Shown here: piece by piece, positions 13,301 to 26,861 of the stretch
Position numbering within the stretch: the first letter of the stretch is position 1
Layout of the letters: each line of letters opens with the position of its first letter
NCBI RefSeq assembly: GCF_018977255.1
Contig: NW_024704766.1
Span: forward strand, 62,001 to 126,000
Length of the DNA stretch: 64,000 nucleotides
Reading direction: 5' to 3'
Origin: Callorhinchus milii
Taxonomy: Eukaryota
Notes under the pieces: model-generated
What the model saw: only the letters and a program-made list of their open reading frames with translations
Database searches by the model: none
Told to the model about the DNA's origin: nothing
Program-made: the position numbers and the translations under genes

Positions 13301-16300
13301 ATGGTTCCAGTTACTGACTCCCCTACAGTGGAAATAGCTTCTCCTCATTTACTTTGTCAAAACCACTCATAATGTCATACATCTCTATCAGACCTAACAT
13401 CTTCAATCTCTCGTCAAAAGTGAAGCTCCTAATGGCTAGTATCATTCTCTATACCTCCTCTGTACCTCTTCTAAGGCATTAACATCCATTGTGAAGTGAG
13501 GTACCCAAAACTCACTGTTGTCTAACCAGTGATTTGTCCAAACTTACCGTTATTTTACTGTTGTACTCTATGCCCTTATGTATAAAACTAAGAATAACCT
13601 TAGGTTTTTCATAGCCCTTTCCAATTGCTTTGCCACGTTCGAGGACTTGTGTATTTGTCATTGCCTCTGAATCTCATCCCAGAGATCCTCATCTGGCCCT
13701 ACACCCTCAGCTGCCCCCTCTCGCTCAGGCTCCCAGTCAGCTCCATCAAGCAATTTGAGACGTCCACCTGACGTAAAACGCACTGAGTGAATTAAATTGT
13801 TGTCAGATTATTAAGAAACAGCTTTATGCTATAAATAATAATTCAGTGGAAAACCTGGATGGCTGGGTAACTGGACACTGGTTATCCCTGGACGCCAGGT
13901 TAATTTGTTCAAAACTCCCGGCCCCGATTCACTTGTATTCTTACCGGTTTTAAATATGCCAGTTAATTCGTACAACAATACGGTTAATCCGGACAAAGTG
14001 CTGTGCTGCTCGCCGGCACTCTGATTCTCAGCAATTACAAAATTCCAGTCACTAGCAAACTGATCTTGCGAACTGCTCCGAACCAGGCCTGATAAAAAAC
14101 AAACTATCAAACCCTAACTCTAAACCCTAACTCACACAAAACCAACTCTCAACCCTGAAACAAGGCTTGTGTCTCCAGGTGGAGTCAGATTGTGATTGAT
14201 TGACAGCAGACTCCAGCCATTCACAAGTGGCTTTGGGCTGTCAATCAATGAGGAACCAGAGGAACAAGGGAGGAAATGGGAGGAGTAAAATTGCAATTGA
14301 TTTGACAGCTGGAGCCATTTGTGAATATGTGGAACTGCTGCAAATTTGTCCTTTTCCTGTCCAATGGGACCCTCTCCTCTGCTGGCTTCCATGACTTACA
14401 TTTAATATAACGCGTTCCATATCTGGAGGAAATCTCATACTGTAAAGAGTAGTGATTGTGTATTTTTAGGCACACAATGCTAGATAATTAGTTGGGGAGG
14501 ACCAAGTTTGCAGGGCTATGGGTAATGATGAAATAAATGATTAAGATAACAGGTCAAAAGAGAGAACAGGGGAGTGGTATTGATTTGGAAGCTCTTTTCA
14601 AAGAGCCAGCCCAGACATGATGGGCCGAATGACCTCCTTCTGTGCTGTGTAATTCTATTATTCTATGAATGGGAGGAAGGTAGGTTGAATATTTTCAAAG
14701 GATAAAATCTGTTAGGCTGAAATGCTTTCTTCATCCATGTCTCTCTTTTGATTTTCAATATTGCAGAAAAGTGGGAAAAGAGATTAAAATATCACCACCA
14801 TCGAATAAAATGTTGAGGTAGGTTCGAAGGGCCAAAAGGCCTTTTTCTGTAGTTGCAACTGCACTGACCTCAGACTTTGGTCTGCAAAGCTTGGCCCCAA
14901 GAGCAAACCCACCGCCCACTCCAAGTGTCCCAAAGGCGCCTGTGAACAGAGGAACAAAACGTGTACAGCTTATGTGCAAACTCCGACAAACGCACACGAG
15001 ACGTGTGCAGTGAATGGGGATCTGTGCAGATCAAGATCCATTGGAATCAAAACACCTGGCACGTGGCATTCTGCTTCTCCTTTGAAATTTTCACTCTTTC
15101 CAAACTCCAAGTTAAAAATTTTTAGTGCCTCGGCAGGCACTGACCTGCTCCATGCCCCCAACCCATTGGCGGTCAGGCCTTCAGTCCCCACCCTCTGGAA
15201 TTCCATGTCGGAGCCCCTCCAGCTTGCCCTTTCCCTTCCTCCTTCAAAGCCAGTCTCAAAACTTTTCTCTTTGACTGTGTCTTCAGCCACCCTCCCACTC
15301 CCCTTCTTCATTCCAGCCCCCAGCTCGGATGCAAACTCTTCACTGTCCAACGCCTTGGGATATCCTCCCATTGTGAATGGCATTATAACAAATGTCGTTT
15401 GTTGTAGTTAAAAGTTGCAATTCAGATGCTTCTATTGTTTAGTTTCATCACAATCTGAACTTTAAAGTAGCTTCATGTGTGAACTGAGACCAAGCACATG
15501 GATTGGTAGGTGAGATACAACAGAACAGATACAGTTTAATTTCAAATGCAGGGAGCAATCTGTGGGGTGGATTAATTACGTATAAAGAGAAATTTTGAGC
15601 TGTTACCTTAAGCACAATCCAGATGCTTTCCCATCAATACATAGAGGAGGCAAAATGAAAACTCAATGTGAATATGGTTCTTTGGAGCTTTTATTTCCGA
15701 CTCACCAGGATCCAGCCACTGTAAAGGGCCTCGGGGATGCAGGATATACGCACTACTTCCCACAAAGTCACCTCCATCTGCCACAATGATGCTGTCTTCA
15801 GCAATTATTTCATCCAAGCAGTACAGAATATTCAGAGGGTTCAAGTACTTTAGCATCTTCTCTGTCCTCTTTTCACTGAAAGGAGATAACTCAATAAGGA
15901 CATAATTCTATATTAAAGACTTAAGTCATGAAATGGAAACACACCAGACCCAGACGAGCTGGCCTGATAGCAAAAGTCTGATGATGACAATAAGTAATCT
16001 CACCGATTTATTTTGTCAATCTTTTTGTCCTCCTCCTTCAGGCTCCATGTCCATTCAAGGGGAGACGTGTAGCCTGTCAGGAGATTTGCTAGTTTAACCA
16101 GGAAGCTGCCAGCATCACCTGAACAAAAACAACATGTCCTGTTTATTATGTAACTTAATGATAACAAAAGGCAAACCTCATCACAAAGTCTTAAAGCAGT
16201 CTTCACCCTAATGTTATGACATTACTCTCCTGTCAGTGACGACAGAGGCTTGGATCCTCTACCTCATGCGAGTCAATGGGAAGTTTATTTAGAAAATAGA

Positions 16301-19300
16301 GAAGGACAATGAAGCCAAGCCCAATCCCAACCTGACACATATGACATCCACCCATGGCCATTTTCCCTGGATAGTCATAAAGAATTGGAATCCTGACCTA
16401 TTCCTCTTTCTTAACCTTGTACTCCAAGGACAATGAAACCAACAGAAACACTGACGATCAGCATGGCTGAGACACATGGACAGTGCAGCTCGAGGATCAA
16501 ACCCAGAACCCCTGACTCATAACACCAGGCAGTGTATTTCTTCATTGAGCAATGATTAGAGTCTGATCCTTGGTTATTAAGGAGTTTCTGGACCCATTTG
16601 CAGAGGCAGCTTACCTTGTATAGCAATTTTCGGCTTCCAGAACATATCTGAGTTCTTGAGGAGTTGTTTGTGGTCACGGTTGACTGCAATAATATTACTG
16701 TGCTTGCTCAGAATACGGCCGTAGGACAGACGGAAGTCACAGACTGTGCCTATTGGCATGAAAATGCAACAAAAATTATTTTTGCAGCACTTCTCCTGAA
16801 AATGCTGACCAGGACTCAACAGGACAGCAGGAGTGAAGTAAAAGTGAACAGTAGCAGCTGAACTGCACAAACTGACCTGCCAGGATGACGAGATCTGCTT
16901 TCTTCAAAACATCTGCCCGCTTGTTTCGAATGTGAATGGAATTGTTTTTTCCTAACATCCCTCGAGCCATACCTCCCAGGAAACAAGGAAAACCAAGATA
17001 TTCCAGAGCTTCCCTATTCAAACACATCTAAAATGAGGTTATGATTATTTTATTCTTACCCTTGCTATTGTGGTCATAGTGATCCAAGTTTAGATTGCAC
17101 AGTGCCTTTATAACAGTAAATAATGATAATCCTTGCATTTGATACACTGCCTTTCTCATCTGGAGAGACTATGTAAAATGTTTGGTTTTACATAGTTTTA
17201 CGGGAATGTATAAAACTGGCAGGGTCAATAATGGTCTACCAGAGAACGTACTGTAAAATGTAACTGCGTATTTTGCAGGTGAGAGTAGTAACAAATTTAC
17301 ACACAGTAGTGTCACACAAACAGTCGTGAAGTACAGTATCTGGGAAATTGTTGGTGAGGACACAGAGGAAACTTTCTCCTCTTTAAATTTGTGTGTCAAG
17401 TCTGTCTCAGGTGGTAACATTCTTGCCTCAGAGTCAGTAAGCTATGGGTTCAAGACCCACACCATGACTTGGAACTCATATAGTCTCAGCGTTTTGGGAT
17501 GTCCTTCTGACGTGAAAGATGCAATACAAATGTCATTTGTTGTTATTGCCTGACACTCCAATGCAATGCTGGGGGAGTGCTGCATTGAACATAGTACCTT
17601 GTACACAACAGAGAAAGAAAACAACTTTAACTCATCAGTTTAGATTAGATTCAAACTAAACTTCTAAAAAGGAAAGGCAATGCGTAACCCAGTGTACAAC
17701 CTATTTTTCAGTGTAAATCCCAGAAGAAGCCGACCACCTAAGCCATTATCTGGTGGACCATTATTGGCCTTCCAGTCTTATACATTCCCGTGATCTGAGT
17801 CTCAGCAAACATTTTACATACTCTCTGGGGAGGCAGAGTATTTAATAAAATTCAGAAGAGTCTAGGTTGGCCCGTTGCTATTAGATGGCTAAATCTTACC
17901 GAAGGCTTTGCGCAGGTGTAGGAGGGAGCATTACTTGGCTGCCCAGAACAATAACTGGTCTTTTAGCCCTGCTTACCAACTCCACACACCGCTGCATCTA
18001 GAGAAACACAAGAATGAGAATTAAATAGCAGCAGCGTTTAAAAATGATAATTCCAGGGCAACCCCATATAAGGTGCCTTGCAAAAGCACACGTTAGTTAT
18101 GATGTAGGCGTCCAGTTAACCCGTAGTTGCTAGAAGTGGGGTATGGGCTGCCAACTTCCGGCTTACATGCATTGTACATGCACAGGACATCGCCCAGTCC
18201 ATATCAGGAGCCTGGTGACAACATTGATGAGCTGAAAGCAGGAGGAAGGAATTATTTTCATGCAACTGTAATAATACCATGGACCTAAAATACTGCTTTA
18301 TAAATGGGGTTGCCCTACATTCGAGCCATGTTATGAAACTTCAGTAAATGTCAAACAACTGGTAGAGTATTTCCATGTGAAGTGTGCTATATAAATGCAA
18401 GTTGTTAGAGTTTCAGCAGGTACTAGCAGGTAAGAGAGAGAGAAGGGCTGGTACAATGTGGAGTTATATGGTAACAGTATAATTCCTGATTATTTGGAAG
18501 AATTATTTTGTTAGTATATTATATTTTGTATAATGAGCAATTATCTCCATTGTTTCCTCATCCACAATGAAATCAGTGCCAATCGGTGTGAATAACTGTC
18601 TCTCTATTATACTGTTGTCCTGTGTGCAAGAATCTACCTCAGAAACTGTGGCTTTTGGAAACACCACTGGAAGTGGACTGATATCTGTGGGCTCCCAGGC
18701 TCCAACAAACAGATTCTGTAGATACATCTGAAGGTACCTGAGTAAAGAGTGAGATAAGAGAGCAGAACAATAACACAACTGATCTCCTCCATATATTATT
18801 CTTGCCAAGGTCCAAAGTTCAAAATAGAACAAACACAGAAAATTGACATTGACGCAAATAAATCAATACTTACAACAGAACCCTTTCATGGTGCTCTTCA
18901 GTGAAGCACTGCCTTCCCTATAGTGTCTGCTGTGAACCTATGTTAACCTGATCTGTGGTACACACAGCTTCTGGCACTGACTAGCCAGCATAAAACATGG
19001 TCAACTTGTGGGTCATCAAATTGTCACTGTATTCTCTGTGTTATGGGCAAGGAGGATTTCTCTGCTTCAACTAAATCTTTTAAACTTCTCTTTAAACCTC
19101 TTCTCTCCTGAAGCAGTAAATCATACTGGGAGATAGGGATTCCCATGTATACCTCACCCAAATTATTGTCCTTCATGTAGAAGTCAAAACAATGAGTCAA
19201 AACAAGAAGAGGACCTTGAAAGATTCGGGTGGAAGAAAAAGGGAGAGGGAAGGCACAAGCATTAGCTTGAACTGATCCATTTCTGACACTGGCACATAAA

Positions 19301-22300
19301 TCCATTGCAGAAGAGAGAGAGGAAGGTTTGATTTGATTGTAACCAGAAGCAAAAATCTGGCAATTTTTTTTCTCTTACAGCCACAATTCTGATCTCATCA
19401 GTCTGAGCAGCATTTGGACTCAGGGCTCAGTGGTGGAAGAATTCTGTGTTAAATCTGTGGAGTATCTCAAATGCACGTTCTTTCAATAAATGATAGCACA
19501 TCTAAATTGGGTGCATTTTCACACTAGTACAAAAAGCAAGCCTTCCATAGAAACATTCAAGAACATTTTTCCTTGCACATCTTATAATTTAATAAACTCA
19601 CCATTTTAGAAGTTTGGATACGATTCCTGAGCCAGATTTTGCTGCAATATTTTTATTGACGATATGGTATGGATAAAGGACATCGATTGGGAACTCGACA
19701 AACACAGGCCCTGGTCACATGGAAAATTCAGAACAAAACATTCACAAACACTGTCACTTTAACTTAAGCTGGAAAAACAGAAGCAAGTTTTGAATCCTGA
19801 CAGCCACTGACAGCATCACCTCAGGCGCTGACAGCATCACCATCCATGGTTGCTCACTCCACCTTGCTAAGCCAGTCCAGAACCTTGACGTCTTGTTTGA
19901 AGCTCAACTATCCTTTCTACCCCACATCCGTGATGGACCGCTCTGCCTTCCCCACCTCTGTAACGTCGCCCGGCTCTGCCACGGTCTCACACCGCAGGTC
20001 CCCAAGACCCTCATACGCGCCTTCATTATATCTAGGCTCGACTCTACAAAATTCTTGCTCCTCGGCCTCCCCAACTCCTCCCTCCACAGGCTGCAGATCA
20101 TCCAGAACTCAGCCCATGTCCTCTCCTGCACCAGGCACCATGACCCTATCATCCCCATCCTCGCCCGACTCCACTGGATTCCCAACACAGAGGATACAGT
20201 TCAAGATCCTGGTCCTCACCTTCAATGCTCTGCATGGTCTTGTTCTACCCGACCTCTCCGACCCCCTAACCTCCTACCAATCCCTCACTTCCTCCGCTCA
20301 GCGGGCTCCAGCCTGCTTCACGTCCCCCGCCTCACTCACCCCACTATTGACGGGTGTGCCTTCAGTCATTCTGCCCCCACCCTCTGGAACTCCATCCCGC
20401 AGTCCCTCCACCTCGGCCTCTCCCTTGCCTCCTTCAAGACCCAACTCAAGACCCTTCTCTTTGACGGTGCCTATGATCACCCTCCTCCTCCTGCCCACCA
20501 CCCTCCGCAATCCCGACCCCCGAAACTGATTGTCCAGTGCCTTAGGAAAACCTCCTGACGTGAAAGGCGCTGTACAAATAGCTGTTGTTGACATAATAAT
20601 AATAATAATCCTTGCATTTGATATAGCGCTTTTCACGTCAGGAAGACGTCCCAAAGCGCTTCACAGAACACACTGTAAAGTGAATTGACTGTATATTTGT
20701 GGGCGAACACGGCAGCCAATTGCGCACAGCAATGTCCCACAAACAGTCATGGATTGAAGTGACCAATTTTTTATTATTGCTTTTTTTTTGGAGGGATTAT
20801 TATTAGGCTCTGTGTGGAGTAAGGAAACTTGCCCAAGGTTTCGCCCTCTGCCTGGAATTGAACTCAGGTCTCTCGCTTGCAAAGCGAGTGCTCTAACCAC
20901 TGAGCTACAGGACTCCACACTTCATGCCCCATGACAAGTATCAGTCTTTTTAATTACAATTTGTAATCCATGTATTTGATATAGCGCTTTTCACATCTTC
21001 TCAACGTCTCAAAGCGCTTCACAGAATATGCTGTAAAGGGAATTGATCGTATATTTGTGGGCGAAACGCGGCAGCCAATTGCACACAGCAGCGTCCCACA
21101 AACAGTCGTGAAAATGACCAATTTATTATTGTTTTGGAGGGATTATTAATCCTGTGAATATACCTTCACAGAATATACTGAAAAATTAATTGAACTGTAT
21201 ATTTGTGGGCAAATCGCGACAGCAGTGTCCCACAAACAGTCGTGGATTGAGTGACCAATTTTTTAAAAAAAATTAATGGAATTATTATCCCCAGAAAAGT
21301 GATCTGGAAAATGAGTGCCCATATAAGATAAACAGAACACATTCTACATCAATAGACATGCTCCAATTGTTGCATTTCCTGAATCAATTGGTAGCACTGG
21401 GAGCATCTGAGTCAGAACCTGATGCTTTGAACTCAGTCTTTGCTGATACTCTAATGCAGTGCTGGGGGGAGCAATGTGTTGTGGAAAGTGTCATGTCTCA
21501 AGATGAGATATTAAACCAAGGCCCTAAATACCTATCCAGATGAACATTAAAGATCCTGTAGCAATATTCAAAAATAGAGTAAGTTTCATACTGTGTTCTG
21601 GTCACTGCACTTTACAGAAAACTTAAGATACAGTATTTTAACATAATATCCTTTGTCAAATGCAAAGATTATTATTATTTCTCAGCAATGTTATTTGTTA
21701 GCAATGCTACAATAATACCCGATGCTTTTTAAAATATTTGCTGGCACCTAAGTTTAACATCACACTATCAGGTCACATAGCTGTTCAATCTAGTACCTGG
21801 TGTTCCAGACATAGCTACCATAATAGCTTTCCGAAGTACTGGAGCGATGTCCCGGACTGTTTTGACTGTAGCAGAGAACTTGCACAGTGTTCTGAAAAGT
21901 GACAGCTGGTCAATGTCTTGCAATGCACCTCGACCCTAGGTACAATTTGCAGCCGGATGAAATAAAAAAATGAAAATTACATTTTAAGGAAACAGAAAAT
22001 GTATGCATACTGAAGGCCAAATATAACCAAGTAATAAACAGACACACATGACTGACAGACACAAACATGCAGAGACACACATCCACACCACATACACGCA
22101 GCAGGTGAGGAACAATATCCTCTCATGTGACAGGAAAACAATCAGATTACTGTGGCTACTCAGCATTGCTAATTGGCTAAAAAGGTGCCATTGGACTCAA
22201 GTTTTACCTTTAGAAGAGTAGAAGCTGCTCCTCCGATCAGCAGCACTGGGGATTCAGCCATCTGTGCATTCTTCACAGCTGTCACAGTGTTGGTTACCCC

Positions 22301-25300
22301 AGGACCAGCTGTTACTGCAGCAACACCAATCCCACCTGATTCACAGCAAATGTCACAGTCAGAATAAACAACTCTGACACCAGCTTCACAAAAACCATCA
22401 CCAACAACCATCAAATAGGTAAATGCAGCCCCCAGGCCTCAAGTTGTCATGTAGCCTCTCCACATTGGCAATGTATTCCCTTGAAGAGGAGCCAATCTCC
22501 AGCAATTCATGAAAGTTATTAAAAGAGAATGATCTGGGGAAGGACTTCGATCAGAAAATGATCTGTAAACCTATGGCCTACACTATAGCAATGTGACAAA
22601 TTCTGCTTCCCTTGGGTCTTAAAATGGTTTAGTTGTACTAGATGTTTATTCTGTGTTCTAAGTGAACATGGCAAAGAGGGGAGATATTGCAAAACTCCTC
22701 CCCTGCCCCTCACCCCCATTATACAGCTAACCTGACACGGCAGGTACGATGGCAATTACAGGAATGTTGTTCAAGCTCCAATTTATATACACACACACAC
22801 AACAACAAGATTACATTTGTATAGCGCCTTTCACGTCGGAGGACGTCCCAAGGCACTGGACAGTGACAGCATTTCAGACCCAAGCTGGGGTCAGGGAAGG
22901 GAAGGGAGGGGGAGTGACCGATGGCATGGTCAAAGAGGAGGGTCTTGAGGCGGGTTGGTAGAGGGTTAGGAGGTCGCAGAGGTAGGGTGGGGAGAGGCCA
23001 TGGAGGGCTTTGTATGTGAGGACCAGGATCTTGAACTGGATCCTCTGAAGGATAGGGAGCCAGTGGAGTCGGGCGAGAGTGGAGGAGATGGGATCACGGA
23101 GTTTGGTGCGGGAGAGGACACGGGCTGCAGAGTTCTGGATTATCTGCAGCCGGTGGAGGGAGGAGTTGGAAAGGCCAACAAGCAGGGGGTTTGCATAGTC
23201 GAGCCTGGAGGTGATGAAGGTATGAGCATGAGTTTCAGCGCCTGAGGGGTGAGGTAGTGGCGGAGTCGGGCGATGTTACGGAGGTGAGGGAAGGCAGAGC
23301 GGGTCATGGCTTGAATGTGGGGGAGAAAAGACAGTTGAGGATCGAACAAGACACCTCGGTTCCTGACTGGCTGGTGAGTTGTAGTGTGCAACCATGGAGG
23401 TTGATGCTGCCAGAGCCTGAGGTGCTGAGGCGCTGGCGTGAGCCAAGAAGAAGGGCCTCAGTCTTGTTCACATTCAACTGTAGGAAATTTGCCCTCACCC
23501 AGGACTTGATGTCCAACAGACAGTCTGTCAGGACAGCAGTGGTCCTGGAGTTGAGGGTGGAGGCAAAAAGATAGATTTGGGTGTCATCCGCATACATATG
23601 GAAGTTGACCCCATGTCTGTGGATGATGTCACCAAGGGGGAGCATGTGGATATTAAAGGGGAGAGGGCCAAGGAGAGAGGCCTGGGGGACACCAGATGTG
23701 ACAGTGCGGGGGCTGGAGGAGAAACCGTGAGAAGCAACAAAGTGGAGACGGTGAGAGAGATAGGAATCGAACCAGGCAAAGGCGGGTCCGTGAAGATTAA
23801 GTAAAGAGGAGAGGCAGTGTATGAGGATGGAGTGGTTGGCAGTGTCGAAGGCGGCAGAAAAGGTCGAGGAAGACAAGGAGGCAGAGGGAGCCCTGATCAC
23901 AGATGTTCATAATGTCATTAGTGACTGTGACCAGGGCTGTTTCCGTGCTGTGGGCAGAGCAGAAGCCAGATTGGAGGGAATGGCGAGAGAGAAAGGAGCG
24001 GAGCTGGGACGGGACGACTCATATCAGTGTAAATGTTCCTTATGTGTTACACAGAATTACAAACAACATTCACACAGCACAGACACAGCAACAACAACAA
24101 GAAGTTGCACCTGTATAGTGCCCTCAACGCAGGGTGGCGTCTCAGAGCGCTTAACAGTGGCGAAGCCTGATTCCGAGTCGGTGGGGGGTTGGGGGAGGTG
24201 GCCATAAGCACGGTCGAAGAGGAAGGTCTTCAGGCAGGACTTGAAGAAGGAGAGAGGGTGGGGGGTTGGGGGGCAAGGCAGAGGGATTAAGGGAGAGAGC
24301 GTGGGGGGCAAGGTGGAGAGATTGAGGGAGAAAGCGAGGGGGAGAGAGGGTGGAAAGACTGAGGGAGAGAGAGGTGGGGGTATTGAGGAACACACACCAT
24401 TACCACAGCACAGAAACACACTATTCAATCTGTGTCACAGTATAAAATGTTAAAATTGATTCTGCTGCACACAGAAACATCAAGTCTGTTCGGTTTTTGT
24501 GCAGTTGTGCAACTTAATCTAATTTTATCCACTTTTCTGTGTGTTACCCATATTCTTCAAATTCCTCTTTCCCCTCTCGACTCTCTTCCTCCTCCTCGCT
24601 CCCTCCCTTCCCTCCCCTCACCCTGACCATTTCCCCCCTCCTCTCTCCCTCCCTTCCCTCCCCTCACCCTGACCATTTCCCCCCTCCTCGGGTCATGACC
24701 CAACTGTGCAGCGCCTTGGGACGTCCTCCTGACGTGAAAGGCGCTCTATAAATGGAATCTTGTTGTTGTTGTTGTTCTCAAACATCCATCAAATTCTGTT
24801 TTAATATAATTGAGACTCTGCTTTGGAGAGATTTCCACATATAAACCACCCTCTGGTAAAAAAAAATGTTTTCTAATCTCCCTGTCACTCCCTTTGTCAT
24901 TTCTTCAATGCTGTGCTCTGGTGTATGGCCCAGTTTATACATCGCTGAAACAGTAAACCTCACCTATGTTGCATCAGTCGAGACTATAACATTTAATATG
25001 ACTTGCACTAAGTATGAGTTGCAAGCAAACTTGTGTAAGTTGCTTAAAGTCCAATTTAATCAATAATCCACACTGTGTGTGCATAATTCACTACAGCCGG
25101 TAAGCAAGCAAGCGGCAGCTGCACAGGGCTTTGTTTCCCCCACTTGTTTCAAATGGAGTATTTTGCACACAGACGTCAACAACTGAATGAGACTCGGGTA
25201 CATGTCCGACTTAAGAGAATGTATGATTTATAAACATAAGACTTATGTAAATTCTACTGTAAAATACAAAAGCGCAGACAGATTTTAAACAATTATTATT

Positions 25301-26349
25301 ATTAGTGCTCCTGAGGTTTGATTAAGGTGCCTTTTAGGGCGTATACTGGAAGCACAGTTCTCACTTTGCTTTTCCTCAAACTATTTTCACTGGATACAAC
25401 TAACTGTCCCATCACCATCGCTGCACCTCATTACCTGAAAGTCTGGCCACAGCATCCGCAGCATAAACAGCTGTGACCTCGTGCCGTGTGTCTACCACAC
25501 GGATCCCAATCTTCTCGCACGCTACGAGAATGGGGGAGATGTGGCCTCCAACCAACGTGAAGACAAACTTCACATCGTGGGCCTTCAGGACATTCGCTAC
25601 AATCTCACCACCATGTTTGGGGCTGTCGGGTTCCATCTGGTCAAGAGTTTGACACAAAGATCAAACCCAATGAAATACAAACACATTTCTTATACAAATG
25701 TACCCCATGTAAGGAATCCCTACACCTCCCACCAACCCACCCACCCCCTCCCCCTCAGCCCCTCCCCCCCAACCCCTCAGCCCCTCCCCTCAGCCCCTCC
25801 CCCAACCCCTCAGCCCCTCCCCCTCAGCCCCTCCCCCAACCCCTCAGCCCCTCCCCCTCAGCCCCTCCCCCAACCCCTCAGCCCCTCCCCCTCAGCCCCT
25901 CCCCCAACCCCTTCCTCACCCTCAGCCCCTCCCTCACCCTCAGCCCCGCCCTCACTCCCTCAGCCCCTCCCCAACCCCTCAGCCCCTCCCCCAACTCCTC
26001 AGCCCCTCCCCCTCCCTCACCCTCAGCCCCTCCCCACCCCTCCACCCCGCCCACAAACTCTCAGCCCTCCCCCAACCCGTCCCTCCCCCAACCCCTCTGC
26101 CCCACCCTCACCCCCTCCCCTCACCCCCTCCCCTCTGCCCCACCCTCACCCCCTCCCCTCACCCCCTCCCCTCTGCCCCACCCTCAGCCCCTCAGCCCCT
26201 CCCCCACTCACCTTGTAAATCAGGTGGTGTAACAATCCCAGTTTATAAGCGATGACGAGCAGCGCGAGAGTCGCGGACACGAGCGCCGCCCAGAGCAGCG
26301 CCAACAGGTCCGGCTCCATGTCCTGGTCGGTGTCGGGGTCCAAGTCCAT
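10323..26349 (-). CDS. ILVBL: Acetolactate synthase-like protein / 2-hydroxyacyl-CoA lyase 2 (TPP-dependent, N-terminal membrane anchor), 15 coding exons, about 632 aa
   Basis: Exons on minus: 26212-26349, 25435-25636, 22208-22335, 21797-21935, 19602-19710, 18638-18737, 17900-17997, 16877-17013, 16615-16749, 16004-16118, 15706-15875, 14869-14939, 12058-12129, 10627-10732, 10323-10501. All GT-AG, phases consistent, total 1899 nt. Motifs: hydrophobic N-terminus, HGGE...[15 protein letters not shown] (catalytic Glu), [24 protein letters not shown] motif GDGSVG...GND, C-terminus FREGSLSV-stop. Confidence 0.96.
10813..11117 (-). mobile_element. tRNA-Ala-derived SINE with Deu domain and (ATT)n tail
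   Basis: Head GGAGTCCTGTAGCTCAGTGGTTAGAGCACTCGCTTTGCAAGCGAG...GTTCAATTCC with A/B boxes; Deu-like TGTGGGACATTGCTGTGCACAATTGGCTGCC; probable TSD GAATAT at 10807-10812 and 11118-11123. Confidence 0.88.
13047..13660 (-). mobile_element. Old CR1 LINE 3' fragment
   Basis: CATAGAATCATAGAA tail followed by decayed sequence homologous to the 2332-3000 CR1 end. Confidence 0.7.
19840..20590 (+). mobile_element. L2-clade LINE 3' fragment
   Basis: [12 protein letters not shown]...[11 protein letters not shown]...LARLHW..., [21 protein letters not shown] and the GTGAAAGGCGCT...GTTGTTG tail. Confidence 0.88.
20593..20916 (-). mobile_element. tRNA-Ala-derived Deu SINE inserted at the L2 tail
   Basis: Same head, body and tail as the 10813-11117 copy; further headless Deu pieces follow at about 20970-21260. 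Confidence 0.88.
22800..24015 (-). mobile_element. L2-clade LINE fragment with partial RT
   Basis: ORF 23304-23900(-): [49 protein letters not shown]. Confidence 0.9.
25735..26210. repeat. C-rich (CCCCTCAG) tandem array at the start of ILVBL intron 1
   Basis: Directly visible; G-rich on the ILVBL sense strand. Confidence 0.92.
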
Positions 26350-26399
26350 GGCTGCTGTGCGGATGCGCCGCTCTGACTGCTGTGCGGATGCGCCGCTCT

Positions 26400-26600
26400 A
26401 TCCGCTGCACCTACCTTGATTGATGGCGATTTGCTCCAATCACAGAGAGGTAGGGGCGGGGCCAGCCGTCTGGCCAATCAAATGTCTGGGGGCGGGGCCT
26501 GTGATTCATTGTTGACTGAAGGGCCAAACCCAAAGGATCACTGCTCCACGATTGGCCAATTAATGACACGTGACATGCGGATGGCGCCGCCTTGTGGCCG
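26400..26600. promoter_or_regulatory. ILVBL proximal promoter (CCAAT boxes, GC boxes, E-box)
   Basis: CCAAT at about 26436, 26474 and 26551-26560 (ATTGGCCAAT); GGGGCGGGG at about 26452 and 26489; CACGTG at about 26567; CpG-rich, 50-250 bp upstream of the ATG. Confidence 0.75.
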
Positions 26601-26861
26601 GAACAGCAACAGCAGGAGTGACACCTACTGGTCACAGGTGGAGCAGCAAGTTTCAGTATTGAGTATGTTTTTTTCTTTGTATTTTTAAGATTTAAACAGA
26701 AAATTCTATTGATTTTCTCAATATTGGGAGAGAAATATAGTCATATTTGTGAAGTTTGGTTATTTTTGTTGAAGTAGAGGGCCCACCCTGCCCTCGGCAC
26801 CATTGGCGGTCAAGCCTTCAGCCTCTCTGCCTCCACCGTCTGGAACTCCATCCCGGAGGCC

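Noticed and set aside
20843-20916. tRNA-Ala(TGC) genes here and at 11043-11117, 27159-27233 and about 47700-47771
   Set aside because: The anticodon arm and A/B boxes are present, but the acceptor stem pairs poorly and each copy runs into a SINE body and tail.
10323-26349. Bacterial ilvB acquired by horizontal transfer
   Set aside because: It is an intron-rich gene with the membrane anchor and sequence of the ordinary vertebrate ILVBL.
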